From an uncultured Trueperaceae bacterium (GTDB lineage: Bacteria; Deinococcota; Deinococci; Deinococcales; Trueperaceae), in NCBI GenBank assembly GCA_963799485.1, contig CAWCXJ010000006.1:1-64000 (forward strand): DNA of 64,000 bases. Reading direction: 5' to 3'. This document shows positions 42,726 through 52,696 of this stretch, in pieces (positions within the stretch are counted from its first letter, which is position 1; every line of letters starts with the position of its first letter). The translations under genes and the position numbers were made by a program. The notes below the pieces were generated by a model. The model searched no databases. It saw only the letters and a list, made by a program, of their open reading frames with translations, and was not told the DNA's origin.

Positions 42726-43682
42726 ATGAGCGTTTTACTTTTAGGATTTGCTGAAGACAAGTTCGACGACGACCAGAAAGAGGCGATTCGAGCGGCGGCG
42801 GGGGGGCTCGAGCTTCTCTACAGCAGAGATAAAGCCCAAATCGAAGCGCGGCTTGACAACATCGAGGTAGCAGTCGGGAGCTTTCCGAGGGATTTGATGC
42901 TAAAAGCGCCCAACTTCAAATGGCTCCAGCAGTGGGGCGCAGGGGCGGACTGGCTTCTAAAACACCCTGAGCTTGCCCAAAAAGATTTTACGCTGACCAA
43001 CGTTTCGGGGATTCACGAGATTCCTATCGGAGAGCAGATTATGGCGTACTTGCTGGCATTTGCGCGCGGTTTTCCGCAATCTGTGCGGGCGCAGGTGGCA
43101 AGTACCTGGTCTCAACAGAGCAAAACCTTTGAACTCGCCGGAAAAACCATGTTGCTTTTGGGTACGGGTGCGATAGGTGCGTACACTGCTAAACTCGCCG
43201 AAGCATTTGGCGTCGAAGTTGTCGGTGTGCGGCGGAGTCCAGAAAAAAGCGTTGAGCATATCGGCGAGATGGTTGCGTTAGCTGACCTGCACACAGCATT
43301 ACCTGACGCGGATTTTGTCGCCCTGACGTTGCCGCTAACAAACGACACGCGCCACATTATCGGCGAGGCTGAACTGAAGCTGATGAAAGCCTCGGCGATT
43401 CTGGTCAATATCGGGCGCGGCGGACTCATTGACGAACCCGCGCTGGTACGGGCGCTGCAAAACGGGACGATTGCCGGGGCCGGGTTAGACGTGTTTGAAA
43501 CCGAACCGCTGCCCCAAGATTCGCCGTTGTGGAAGCTGGAAAACGTCATCATCACGCCGCATATGGCGGGGGACACGCCGCATTACGACGGGCGGGCCTT
43601 GGAGATTTTCTTAAACAATCTGCGCCGTTACGTCAAGGGTGAGCCGCTGACGCATGTGGTTGATAAACAAGCTGGCTATTAG
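42726..43682 (+). CDS. D-2-hydroxyacid dehydrogenase
   Basis: GTGAIG, LVNIGRG, AGLDVFETEPL, ITPHMAG. Confidence 0.92.
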   Translation: MSVLLLGFAEDKFDDDQKEAIRAAAGGLELLYSRDKAQIEARLDNIEVAVGSFPRDLMLKAPNFKWLQQWGAGADWLLKHPELAQKDFTLTNVSGIHEIPIGEQIMAYLLAFARGFPQSVRAQVASTWSQQSKTFELAGKTMLLLGTGAIGAYTAKLAEAFGVEVVGVRRSPEKSVEHIGEMVALADLHTALPDADFVALTLPLTNDTRHIIGEAELKLMKASAILVNIGRGGLIDEPALVRALQNGTIAGAGLDVFETEPLPQDSPLWKLENVIITPHMAGDTPHYDGRALEIFLNNLRRYVKGEPLTHVVDKQAGY

Positions 43683-43685
43683 TCG

Positions 43686-44411
43686 TCAGGGATGGATGAA
43701 GGTGCCCTCGCGTCCACCCTCGCAAACCCTCGCCGCCGCCCCGACCTTCCCGATGTCGAACACATGCAGCGGCAATTGGTAGTCTCTCGCCAGAATAAAC
43801 GCCGCCGGGTCCATCACCCGCAGGTCGCGCCGGATGGCCTCGTCGAAACTGAGCGTAGGGAAAAACTCGGCGTCCGGGTCGCGGTTCGGGTCACGGTCGT
43901 AGACGCCGCTTACGCCACTTTTAGCGACGAGCAGCGCGTCACACTCCGTCTCGAGCGCCCGCTGCACCGACGGATAATCGGTCGTGACATACGGCTGACC
44001 ATTGCCACCCGCAAAAATGACCAAGTACCCTTTCTCGAGATGTTGCAACGCTTTAAGCCGGATGTACGGCTCGGCAACGCTCGAGATGGGCATCGCCGTC
44101 ATCACTCGCACCTCTCTGTCAGTGCGGTTTTGCAGTACACTTTTCAGCGCGCCGCGCAGCATCAGGCCGTTAATAACTGTCCCCAACATCCCGATGTTGT
44201 CGGCTTCGGTGCGCTCGACGCCCCACCGTTCGGCGGTATTGCCGCGTAAAATATTGCCGCCTCCAATGACCACGCCGACAGAAAGCCCCAGCTCTGCCAA
44301 CGACAAAACTTCGTTGACGAGATGGCCTAACTTTTCCTCACTAAAGCCGAATCCGCTCGCGTCTGCGAGTGCGCCGCCGCTGAGTTTGAGCATGACCCGC
44401 TTGTATTTCAT
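43686..44411 (-). CDS. pyrH: UMP kinase (probable second paralog)
   Basis: YKRVMLKLSGGAL, GGGNILRG, ADNIGMLGT, GNGQPYVTTD, GVYDRDP; SD GGAGG. Confidence 0.9.
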   Translation of the reverse strand: MKYKRVMLKLSGGALADASGFGFSEEKLGHLVNEVLSLAELGLSVGVVIGGGNILRGNTAERWGVERTEADNIGMLGTVINGLMLRGALKSVLQNRTDREVRVMTAMPISSVAEPYIRLKALQHLEKGYLVIFAGGNGQPYVTTDYPSVQRALETECDALLVAKSGVSGVYDRDPNRDPDAEFFPTLSFDEAIRRDLRVMDPAAFILARDYQLPLHVFDIGKVGAAARVCEGGREGTFIHP

Positions 44412-44423
44412 CCCAACCTCCAT

Positions 44424-44447
44424 AAAAAAAGACGCCGTAAAAGCGTC
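44424..44447 (-). terminator. Intrinsic terminator-like hairpin directly upstream of the pyrH SD
   Basis: Minus strand GACGCT-TTTAC-GGCGTC-TTTTTTT. Confidence 0.6.
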
Positions 44448-44475
44448 CTCGAGTCCCGTAAATTGCCCAACCTGT

Positions 44476-44853
44476 TCATCTATTCGTCCCCGAATCGTAA
44501 CGCGCCGCGCGTACCCGCTGCACGACGGCTTCGGGGTCGCGCACGTCTACGACAACACGGTCGTAAGGCAAATCTTCAAGCTCAAAAATAATGCTTCGGC
44601 CCGTGTAGTGAACGCACCAAAACTCTCGTCCGCCCTGAAGATAAAACGTCCCCGCTTGAGTGACGCCGGGAATGCTCGTTCCGGGTGCGCGGACGACCTT
44701 CCACCAAGCTTGACCGAAGGTTGGTTGAGGGTCGGCAAAGACGCGAACGATGTTGCCATGCAAAAGGGTGAGTTGGCTCTTAAACGCCCAAACTCTGTCC
44801 CAGCCGGTAAGCTCGAGCCTCACCTGACTTGGGCTGACCATCACCTCGACCAC
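44476..44853 (-). CDS. Hypothetical protein (RAPGTSIPG...AGTF motif, bacterial PH-like)
   Basis: Leaderless promoter TATACT-N6-GTG; conserved-looking motif. Confidence 0.7.
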   Translation of the reverse strand: MVEVMVSPSQVRLELTGWDRVWAFKSQLTLLHGNIVRVFADPQPTFGQAWWKVVRAPGTSIPGVTQAGTFYLQGGREFWCVHYTGRSIIFELEDLPYDRVVVDVRDPEAVVQRVRAARYDSGTNR

Positions 44854-44880
44854 GCCTAAAGTATAGCTGCTGACTGACCC

Positions 44881-44911
44881 AAAAAAAGAGGCGCAGCCAG
44901 CCGTGCACCTC
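44881..44911 (-). terminator. Intrinsic terminator after acyl-CoA dehydrogenase
   Basis: Minus strand GAGGTGCA-N8-TGCGCCTC-TTTTTTT. Confidence 0.7.
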
Positions 44912-44934
44912 CCCTTATCTACCAGAACAAATGC

Positions 44935-46287
44935 TTAGACAAACGCGCTGTACCCCGTCACGGCCCGTCCTACGACCAACGTATTGATCTCGTTGGTACC
45001 TTCATACGAATAGATGGCTTCGGTATCGGAAAAGTAGCGGGCAACGTGATGCTCCAACAAAATCCCTTTACCGCCGTGAAGTTCTCTTGCCAGAGCGACC
45101 GTTTCGCGGCAGCGTTTCGCCGTAAAAACTTTGGCGAGTGACGCCTGCTCGTCGCGCATCGTCCCGGCGTCCTGAAGTTGCGAAAGCCGTAGACACAGCG
45201 TCTGCATCGCCGTCACGTTGCCGAGCATCTGCACCAAGAGGTTTTGCACGAGCTGAAAGCCCGCAATAGGTCGTCCGAACTGTTGGCGTTTTTGCGCGTA
45301 GGCTAGAGACTTTTCGTATGCGCCCATCGCGCAGCCGACGCCTTGCCACGCAACCCCGGCCCGCGTCGCCCGGAGCACGTCGGCAGTTGTCCGAAATGAG
45401 TTGGCATTTTGCAAACGGTCGCTCTCGTCCACCCGGCAATCCGTCAGGGTGATGTGTCCGTTTTCCACGGCGCGCAGCGCGATTTTGCCCTGAATCTTTT
45501 CGACGCTAAAACCGGGCGTCTCTTTGCGGACGATAAAGCCCTTGACCTGATTGTCGGCCTCGTCTTTCGCCCAGATCACCGTAAAATCGCTGAAGGTCGA
45601 GTTGCCGATCCAGTATTTTTGCCCGTTTAGGATCCAACTGTCCCCGTCGCGGCGGCAGGTCGTGGTCATGCCCTGCGACACCGCCGAGCCCACGTCGGGC
45701 TCGGTCAGGCCGAACGCACCGATGACTTCAAAGTTACGCATTTTCGGGAGCCACTCGCGTTTTTGTTCTTCGGAGCCGCCCAGATAGATCGACCACATCG
45801 CCAGACCCGAATGGACGCCGAAGAATGTCGTCGTCGAAACGTCGATGCGGGCCATCTCCATGCCGATAATGCCCTCTAAAACGCTCGCATCGGGCCGCCG
45901 CTCGCCCTGCTCGTCGAACAGGGCGCTGATGATGTCCAGGTCTCTGAGTTTACCGATAAGCTGCTGCGGAAACTCGTCGCGTTGCCAGTATTCGTTGGCA
46001 ATCGGTTCGACTTCACGCTCCATAAAGTGCCGCACTTTGAGCTGTACCTCGCGCTGTTCGGGCGTCAGGAGCGCCGCAATATCGAAAAAGTCGCCGTCGA
46101 CTTCGGGCAATGCTTTGGGTTTTTTCGGGGCGGCGAGTTTCATCATCTGCTGCAAGCTGCGCTCGTCCATCGACGACACCATGCCCAGAAGCTGATTGAG
46201 GTCAACTTTCTCGGACAATCTAGCAACCTTCGCCATATCGACTTTGCTGGCTAGCGCCATGATCTTCGTCATATCTTTGATGGCCAT
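44935..46287 (-). CDS. Acyl-CoA dehydrogenase (glutaryl-CoA DH/ACX4-like)
   Basis: [38 protein letters not shown]. Confidence 0.92.
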   Translation of the reverse strand: MAIKDMTKIMALASKVDMAKVARLSEKVDLNQLLGMVSSMDERSLQQMMKLAAPKKPKALPEVDGDFFDIAALLTPEQREVQLKVRHFMEREVEPIANEYWQRDEFPQQLIGKLRDLDIISALFDEQGERRPDASVLEGIIGMEMARIDVSTTTFFGVHSGLAMWSIYLGGSEEQKREWLPKMRNFEVIGAFGLTEPDVGSAVSQGMTTTCRRDGDSWILNGQKYWIGNSTFSDFTVIWAKDEADNQVKGFIVRKETPGFSVEKIQGKIALRAVENGHITLTDCRVDESDRLQNANSFRTTADVLRATRAGVAWQGVGCAMGAYEKSLAYAQKRQQFGRPIAGFQLVQNLLVQMLGNVTAMQTLCLRLSQLQDAGTMRDEQASLAKVFTAKRCRETVALARELHGGKGILLEHHVARYFSDTEAIYSYEGTNEINTLVVGRAVTGYSAFV

Positions 46288-46289
46288 AA

Positions 46290-48161
46290 CTACCTCTCGA
46301 GTTCAAGAATATGTGCTGAACCTTCTTCGGCTTTACTGTGTCCGTAAAGTGCAGCAATCTGCGTGTTGTAACGTTCTAAGACCGGTTTACGTTTGACTTT
46401 TAGGGTCGGAGTCAGGAGATTGTTGTCGATACTTAGGGTATCAGTCAGTAGCAACGCGCGTTTGGCTTGCGACCATTCGGGCAGAGCGCGGTTGGCCTCT
46501 TTTACGGTGCGTTTCAAGCCATCCGCAGCTTCATCCGGGTTGGTACCGGGCGCTAAAAAGAGGAGCGCGGCGCAGTATTTTTCACCTTCACCGATAACGA
46601 TGGCGTATTCGATGTGGGGGGCGGCCTCGAGCGCTTCTTCCAGCGGTTGCGGCATCACAAACTTGCCGGTTGAAAGCTTAAAGACATTTTTAGAACGCCC
46701 GGTAATCCTTAAAAAGCCGTCTTCCGAGACCTCGCCCAGATCGCCGGTGTGAAACCAGCCTTCCGGGTCGAGCGCTTCGGCGGTCGCCTCAGCGTTGCCG
46801 AAGTAGCCGCGCATCACCTGTGGGCCGCGGACGAGCAGTTCGCCACCCTTAGCAAACCGGACCTCGGTACCGGGGAGCAGTTCGCCGACGGTGCCGGGCC
46901 GGTTATGACCGGGCCGGTTGTAGGCGATGATCGGGCTCGTTTCGGTGAGGCCGTAGCCTTGCAGCGCGGCAACTCCGGCTGCGCCGAAAACCCGCACGAG
47001 CTCGGGGCGCAGGGCCGCGCCGCCGACGATAACGAGTTTGAGCCGTCCGCCCATCGCTTCACGCCAGCGCTCAAACACGAGTTTGGCGGCGGCGCGGTGT
47101 TGGGTGCTGTAAAACGTGTTGCTCAAGATATTTCCTGAAGGGGTGCTTTCCTCGGGTTCATAGCGCCGTGCAAGCGACATCGCCCAGTCGAAAATGGGTT
47201 TTTGGACGCCGCTCAGCTCGGCCCCGGCTTTTAAGATGCCCTCGTAAACGCGCTCCAGAACCCTCGGCACGGTTGCAAAGGTCGTCGGTTGCACCTCTTT
47301 TAAGTGGTCGCGAAGTTTGTCCGGGGTGGTAAAATACACCGCCGTACCCCACGCCAGATAGCCGTAGTGCAGCGTCCGGGCAAAGATATGCGTCAGCGGC
47401 AAAAACGATAGGGCGGTCTCTTGTCCGCGTTTAAGCTCAAGAATTCCCGCAAAGGCCGCCATCACGTTTGAGGAGATGTTTTCGTGCGTGAGCATCACGC
47501 CTTTGGGCGCCCCGGTCGTACCGGAAGTGTAGATGATGGTGGCGAGGTCGCCTGCCCGAACGCTCTGCCGGAGCGCTTTGCCCGCGTCCGCTGAGGCCTC
47601 TAGGAGCGTTTTGCCTCTTGTTATCAAAGTACCAAACGAGACAAAGCCCAGACCTTCGGGGGGTTGAGCCGCGCCCAGACTACGGATGACAACGGTGCGA
47701 ACGGCGGTGCCGTCCAGCATCGGCAACACAGTTTCCAGCAGGCCGGTGTCCGAAACGACGAGGACGCGCGCTTGTGTCTCTTGCAAGATAAACCGAACCG
47801 CGTCCGCACTCTGCGTCAGGTAAATCGGGACGCTGACGAGCCCTGCCATCAAGCAGGCCATATCGGGCAGGCAAAACGAGAGGTCGCTGTGAGTAAAAAA
47901 CGCGACGCGTTCACCTGCCTCAAGACCCATGTCACGCAGGGCGAGCGCCAATGCTTCGGCCTGGGTACGGAAGTCTTCGCTCGAGACACTTCTCCAGCCC
48001 GTTTCGCTCAGCTCGTTAAAGGCTTTTGGGTTCGGGTTGTTCGTACAAGCCTCGTCGAGCAGCGAGGGAAGCGTCCGGCCCAAAACGACCCGCCCGGTCG
48101 TAGCGGTATAGACGGGCTGAAAAGCTGGCGGCGTCGCCGCGTTAAGCGGGGCTACGGTCAT
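46290..48161 (-). CDS. Long-chain fatty acid--CoA ligase
   Basis: [31 protein letters not shown]. Confidence 0.93.
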   Translation of the reverse strand: MTVAPLNAATPPAFQPVYTATTGRVVLGRTLPSLLDEACTNNPNPKAFNELSETGWRSVSSEDFRTQAEALALALRDMGLEAGERVAFFTHSDLSFCLPDMACLMAGLVSVPIYLTQSADAVRFILQETQARVLVVSDTGLLETVLPMLDGTAVRTVVIRSLGAAQPPEGLGFVSFGTLITRGKTLLEASADAGKALRQSVRAGDLATIIYTSGTTGAPKGVMLTHENISSNVMAAFAGILELKRGQETALSFLPLTHIFARTLHYGYLAWGTAVYFTTPDKLRDHLKEVQPTTFATVPRVLERVYEGILKAGAELSGVQKPIFDWAMSLARRYEPEESTPSGNILSNTFYSTQHRAAAKLVFERWREAMGGRLKLVIVGGAALRPELVRVFGAAGVAALQGYGLTETSPIIAYNRPGHNRPGTVGELLPGTEVRFAKGGELLVRGPQVMRGYFGNAEATAEALDPEGWFHTGDLGEVSEDGFLRITGRSKNVFKLSTGKFVMPQPLEEALEAAPHIEYAIVIGEGEKYCAALLFLAPGTNPDEAADGLKRTVKEANRALPEWSQAKRALLLTDTLSIDNNLLTPTLKVKRKPVLERYNTQIAALYGHSKAEEGSAHILELER

Positions 48162-48282
48162 GCAGTCTCCTTAACAGACAATCTCCTCGAACCAGATGAG
48201 TTCATTGTAGCGCACTTTCCTTTGTAAGCAGGTACACCGTGAAGAAAAGCTAAAGGCCCTACCGGTTACCGCTCCCACCGGC

Positions 48283-49509
48283 CTAACGGCTCCAGAAGGG
48301 CATCTCGCCGTCGGCGAGGACGGCGGGTTCTCCGGTCAGCGGAACCACGACGATTTTTGAACCGCCTTCACTTGACATCGGCAAAACGAGGGCCGTAGAG
48401 TCGGGCGACCAGACGCTATGGCTGAGCGCGTACTGGTCGAAAAAAGGCAAGAACTGGTCGATAAACAGGGGTGTGGGCGTAAAGGCGCTGAGCAAACGGT
48501 CTTCGCCGGTTTCAACGTCGACGACGCGCAGCTCGAGTAGAGGTATATCCTGCGCTACACGCACACCAACTTTTACGGCGCTCGGTGTGCCTATATCCGT
48601 AACGTCCCCGTCGTTCCGGCGTAGCGGCGCGATGTAAGCGATGTATTTGCCGTCCGGCGACCAGAAAAAAGCGATGACAGTCGTTTCGACGAGCGGGGTG
48701 AGGTCGCCGGTTTTGGCGTCTAACAGGCGAATCGGGCCGTAAGGGAGCCCTGTAGCGACAGGCGGGTTCATAACGGCGAGCTGGTCGGCGGCGGGGCTCC
48801 ACGACAAGACGCTGAAACCTTCGTAGGGGAGTTCGCGGCGAACCTCGGCGTTCTCCGGGGTGCTGCCTGCCAACACGGTGCGGGTAGCGCCCCCGCTGAG
48901 TTCGGCGTAGGCGAGATAGTCGCCGCTGGCGGAAAGCCCCGGTGCGTTGAATAGCCCCGGCGTAGCGAGCGGGTCGCCGGTCGGCCCGGTCAGCGAGTAG
49001 AGCGCGAGTTCGCCGCTGTCCAAAACGCCGGTGTGAACGAGCAGACCGTCTGAATCTCTGCTCCACTGCCAGTAGAGCGGGGTGCCGGACGCGACTTTTT
49101 GAGTGTCCTGTGCGTCATTCCTCCCGGTAGATGCGACCTGAAGCTCGAGTCCACCCTCACCCTGCGCCAAAAAGCCGACTTTTTCTCCGTCCGGCGACCA
49201 GTAGAGGTAAATCGCCGGGTTCTCGTAGAGTGTTTGAACCTCGGCGTCGGCGCGGTCTTCCACCGTAAAAACGCCGCTCCCCTCGGCGCTCGCCCCAATC
49301 ACGGCGACGTCGTTGCCGGCAGGCGACCACGCCGGAAACTGATACCGGCGGCCTTCCGGCGTCAGGGTACGCGAGTCGGTGCCGTCCGGCGCAACGGTGA
49401 CGAGCTGTCCGTCGGGGTTGATAAACGCAATGCGCTGCGCGGCTGCGCCCGTAACGAGGAGCAGGAACGCCAGCGGGGCCGCCCGTAAAAGAGATAAAAC
49501 AGGGTTCAT
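48283..49509 (-). CDS. Exported TolB-like beta-propeller protein
   Basis: Signal peptide; repeated WSP(D/A)G motifs. Confidence 0.8.
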   Translation of the reverse strand: MNPVLSLLRAAPLAFLLLVTGAAAQRIAFINPDGQLVTVAPDGTDSRTLTPEGRRYQFPAWSPAGNDVAVIGASAEGSGVFTVEDRADAEVQTLYENPAIYLYWSPDGEKVGFLAQGEGGLELQVASTGRNDAQDTQKVASGTPLYWQWSRDSDGLLVHTGVLDSGELALYSLTGPTGDPLATPGLFNAPGLSASGDYLAYAELSGGATRTVLAGSTPENAEVRRELPYEGFSVLSWSPAADQLAVMNPPVATGLPYGPIRLLDAKTGDLTPLVETTVIAFFWSPDGKYIAYIAPLRRNDGDVTDIGTPSAVKVGVRVAQDIPLLELRVVDVETGEDRLLSAFTPTPLFIDQFLPFFDQYALSHSVWSPDSTALVLPMSSEGGSKIVVVPLTGEPAVLADGEMPFWSR

Positions 49510-49686
49510 ATTCTAGAGTAGCAGCGCTGAGCCGGAGAAACTAGGGGCTGGGGCGTAGGTCTTTTGCTAATGTCGGGCTTAGGCCACCCTACAGATGGGC
49601 AACTCTTTGCACCCTGTAACGTGCAGGCAAAGCTGGCCCGGAAAGCTCGCGCGCCACCCCGAATTTCTGTGAAAAGCTTTTGGCTT

Positions 49687-50481
49687 TTACGGCGCGTCTG
49701 CCAGCGGGTCGGGGTAGCGAAACCCAAAGCCCAGGTGTGTCCCCAAGGCTTCGCTGCTGACGCGCTTGTACCCCTGAAGATGCGGCTCGACAAAGTGCGG
49801 CGGCGCTAACCCCAAACGCTCGGCCTGACGGGTATAGACCTCTCGCCGGGTCGGGTGCTGCGGCGCGCAGACGTTCAAGGTGACGCCCCTGACGCCGCGT
49901 TCGATTACCGCTAGAAGCACGTTCAGCACATCGTCTTGGTGAACCAAGTTGACCGGCGCACTGCCCCCTGAAACGTCACGTCCGGCTAAGCGGCGGCCCG
50001 GTTGCCGGTCGTAACCGTAAAGTCCGGCGAGGCGCAAGACAGTGGCGTTTCTGCGCCGTAAAAGTGTTTCAGCCGCTAGGATGGCCCGCCCCGACGCGCT
50101 GATGTTACCGCCCGCATCGGCTTCGGTGACGGTGCGGCCCAGGTCGGGATAAACCGAGGTCGAACCGGTGAAGATGACTTGTGTGGTTTCAGGTGTGGCA
50201 GCCAAAATAGCGGCGATCTGGGCCGGGTAACGCGTTTCTACATCCGGTTTACGGCGTCCGGGGGGCAGGGTGATGACGAGGGCGTCGGCGTCGAAAAACC
50301 CCTCAGCGTTTCCGGTCAGGGTGGGGGAAAGCTCGAGCCTGTATCCCTCAATTCCTGCTTCGGCTAAAACCCCTAGCTTCTCAGCGTGCGTGACCGAACC
50401 CCGGACGTTGTAACCGCGCGAAGCGAGTTCCGCGCCGAGCGGCAAGCCCAACCAGCCGCACCCCAAAATGCTGATGTTCAC
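49687..50481 (-). CDS. NAD(P)-dependent SDR/epimerase (YeeZ-like)
   Basis: ISILGCGWLG, STSVY, LRLAGLYG, VNLVHQDD. Confidence 0.88.
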   Translation of the reverse strand: MNISILGCGWLGLPLGAELASRGYNVRGSVTHAEKLGVLAEAGIEGYRLELSPTLTGNAEGFFDADALVITLPPGRRKPDVETRYPAQIAAILAATPETTQVIFTGSTSVYPDLGRTVTEADAGGNISASGRAILAAETLLRRRNATVLRLAGLYGYDRQPGRRLAGRDVSGGSAPVNLVHQDDVLNVLLAVIERGVRGVTLNVCAPQHPTRREVYTRQAERLGLAPPHFVEPHLQGYKRVSSEALGTHLGFGFRYPDPLADAP

Positions 50482-50495
50482 CCTAGTTCACACGC

Positions 50496-50843
50496 TTAAC
50501 TACGCCGTAACTCGGTTTTGGCGGCTTTTTCGGCAAACTCGCGGGCGAAGTGTTTGATGTCCGACATGATTTCATCGTTGTTGGTAGCGTTTTTGTAGGT
50601 GTCGGCGAGGGTTAAAAGCGTCTGAAAAAAGAAATCGTTCATGTCTTCGACGCTCATCTCTTTCGTCCACAAGTCGATACGCAGCGAGTTGCGTTCTCCG
50701 GCGTCCCAGAGCGCTAAAATCATCGCGCGGGCGTCTTGTTCACCGGGGCTCGGCGCGTCGGTCGCGCTCCAGCGAATAGAATCGATGTCGTTTCTGGCGT
50801 CGCGCACAACGCGGACATGAATATCTGCAGAATTCTGGCTCAT
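50496..50843 (-). CDS. gldC: GldC-family protein (gliding motility protein GldC homolog)
   Basis: IRWSATD...AMILALWD...LRIDLWTKEMSVEDM..FFFQTLLTLADTY..AT...F...FAEK matches my recollection of GldC; TATGAT-N6-ATG start. Confidence 0.8.
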   Translation of the reverse strand: MSQNSADIHVRVVRDARNDIDSIRWSATDAPSPGEQDARAMILALWDAGERNSLRIDLWTKEMSVEDMNDFFFQTLLTLADTYKNATNNDEIMSDIKHFAREFAEKAAKTELRRS

Positions 50844-50882
50844 AAGGGCATCATACCGAGCGCCTTCGGTTAAACTCGAGCC

Positions 50883-52138
50883 GTGATAAACCATAAGGCC
50901 GAAGTGCTGCTCCGTGAGGCGTTTCAGGTTGCGCTGCTAGCGGCAGACCCGGCGCGCGCCCTGAGCGCTTATCTGCCCCCGCCACCCGAAGGTCGGTTGG
51001 TCATCGTCGGCGCGGGCAAAGCGGCGGCGGCGATGGCCCAAGCCACAGAAACGTTTTACGGCGCGCGTTATCCAAAAGTGAGGCTCGAGGGTCTCGTCAT
51101 CACCCGCTACGGACACAGCGTCCCAACTGAACGCATCCGCGTGGTAGAAGCGGCGCATCCCGTTCCCGACGCGGCAGGCGTGGCGGCAACCGAGGAGATT
51201 TTGGCGCTTGCTGAGGGTTTGGGCGAAGACGACCTGCTGGTCTGCCTTATCTCCGGCGGCGGTTCGGCGCTGCTGTGTGCGCCGGACGGTGTGACGCTCT
51301 CAGAAAAAGCGGCGCTGACCCAGAAGCTTGTTGCGTTCCGGGGCGGACATCACCGAGATGAACGCGGTGCGGAAGCACCTCTCTAAAGTCAAAGGCGGCG
51401 GGCTCGCTAAAGCGGCCTTTCCCGCAGGAGTCGTCTCACTCATCGTTTCAGATGTTGCCGGGGACGACCTGAGTGTTATCGCGTCGGGGCCGACGGTGCC
51501 TGACGCCAGCACGCTCGCTGAGGCCAAGACGGTTTTCGGCGGTACGGCTTGGAAATCGCCCACACTTTAGCAGCGCCTCCGAAACCCCCAAACCCGGCGA
51601 CCCCATCTTTGAGCGCGTAGCAAACCAGCTCGTCGTCTCGGCCCAAGGGATGCTTGCGGCAACCGCAGCATTTTTTCGCGACCGGGGTATTGCGCCGCTG
51701 ATTTTAAGCGAATCGGTCACAGGTGAGGCGCGTGAAATTGCCAAAATGCACGCGGCAGTGGCGCGGCAAATCCGGACGCACGGGCAACCTTTAGCGCCGC
51801 CGTGTGTGCTTCTTTCCGGTGGTGAGACGACGGTTACGGTGCGCGGCAACGGGCGGGGTGGGCGTAACTGCGAGTTTGCGCTGTCGCTGTCGCTTGAGTT
51901 GAACGGACTCGAGGAGGTTTACGCGCTCGCCGCCGACACCGACGGCATCGATGGGGACACGGGCGCAGCCGGGGCACTCGTCACACCGCAAACGCTCGCT
52001 GCTATAGGCCGCGCCGAAGCGCGCCGTCACCTGGACAGCAACGACGCCTACAGCTTTTTTGAACGTGCAGGCGGCCTCATCCGTACCGGGCCGACGCTGA
52101 CGAATGTCAACGATGTGCGGCTGGTCTTGGTTCTCTAG
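50883..52138 (+). pseudogene. Glycerate kinase type 2 (TtuD/MOFRL), frameshifts near 51327 and 51535-51565 (possibly assembly errors)
   Basis: [47 protein letters not shown]...GGRNCE...DTDGIDG...TGPTLTNVND. Confidence 0.88.
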
Positions 52139-52166
52139 CGGCTCGAGCGTGCAGCAGCTTGCCTTC

Positions 52167-52694
52167 TCAAAAATCTTCTGCCGAAAGACCGAAGAGCAGT
52201 AAGTCGAGATAGGCCCCCTGTTGAAAAATCATCCGCTTTTGGGTTCCCTCGAGCTCAAACCTGAGTTTTTGGTGTAACGCAATCGACGCCTCGTTGTTGC
52301 TTTGAACGCTCACATGAACCTTTTGATACCTGAGTTCGCCGAAATAATAGCGCAGCACGAGCGAAACGGCTTCCGCCGCGTAGCCTTTGCGCCGCGCCGC
52401 CGCTGCAATATCGAGGGCGTAGCTAAAGGTGCCGTTTCTAGGATTACAAGTATGCGTGACGATAGACCCGACCCGTTCGCCTGCTTTGTTTTCGATAAGC
52501 CACTGGAAAGCGTCGTCTTCGAGCCCTTTTTGCGATTGTTCCCTGACCCAGACCTCGAGAGCCGCCAGAGACAAAGGCGGCGGCAGAAAATCGAGCAGTC
52601 GGTTGCGTTCGGTGTCCCTTTGCAGCCTAAAGAAGGCCGCGTCATCCGGTTCTATAGCTCTCAGCCTGACCCTTTCACCTTCCCAAAAGTTCAC
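52167..52694 (-). CDS. RimJ/RimL-type GNAT acetyltransferase
   Basis: VRLRAIEPDD, RRKGYAAEA, NEASIALHQKLRF..EG. Confidence 0.88.
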   Translation of the reverse strand: MNFWEGERVRLRAIEPDDAAFFRLQRDTERNRLLDFLPPPLSLAALEVWVREQSQKGLEDDAFQWLIENKAGERVGSIVTHTCNPRNGTFSYALDIAAAARRKGYAAEAVSLVLRYYFGELRYQKVHVSVQSNNEASIALHQKLRFELEGTQKRMIFQQGAYLDLLLFGLSAEDF

Positions 52695-52696
52695 AT

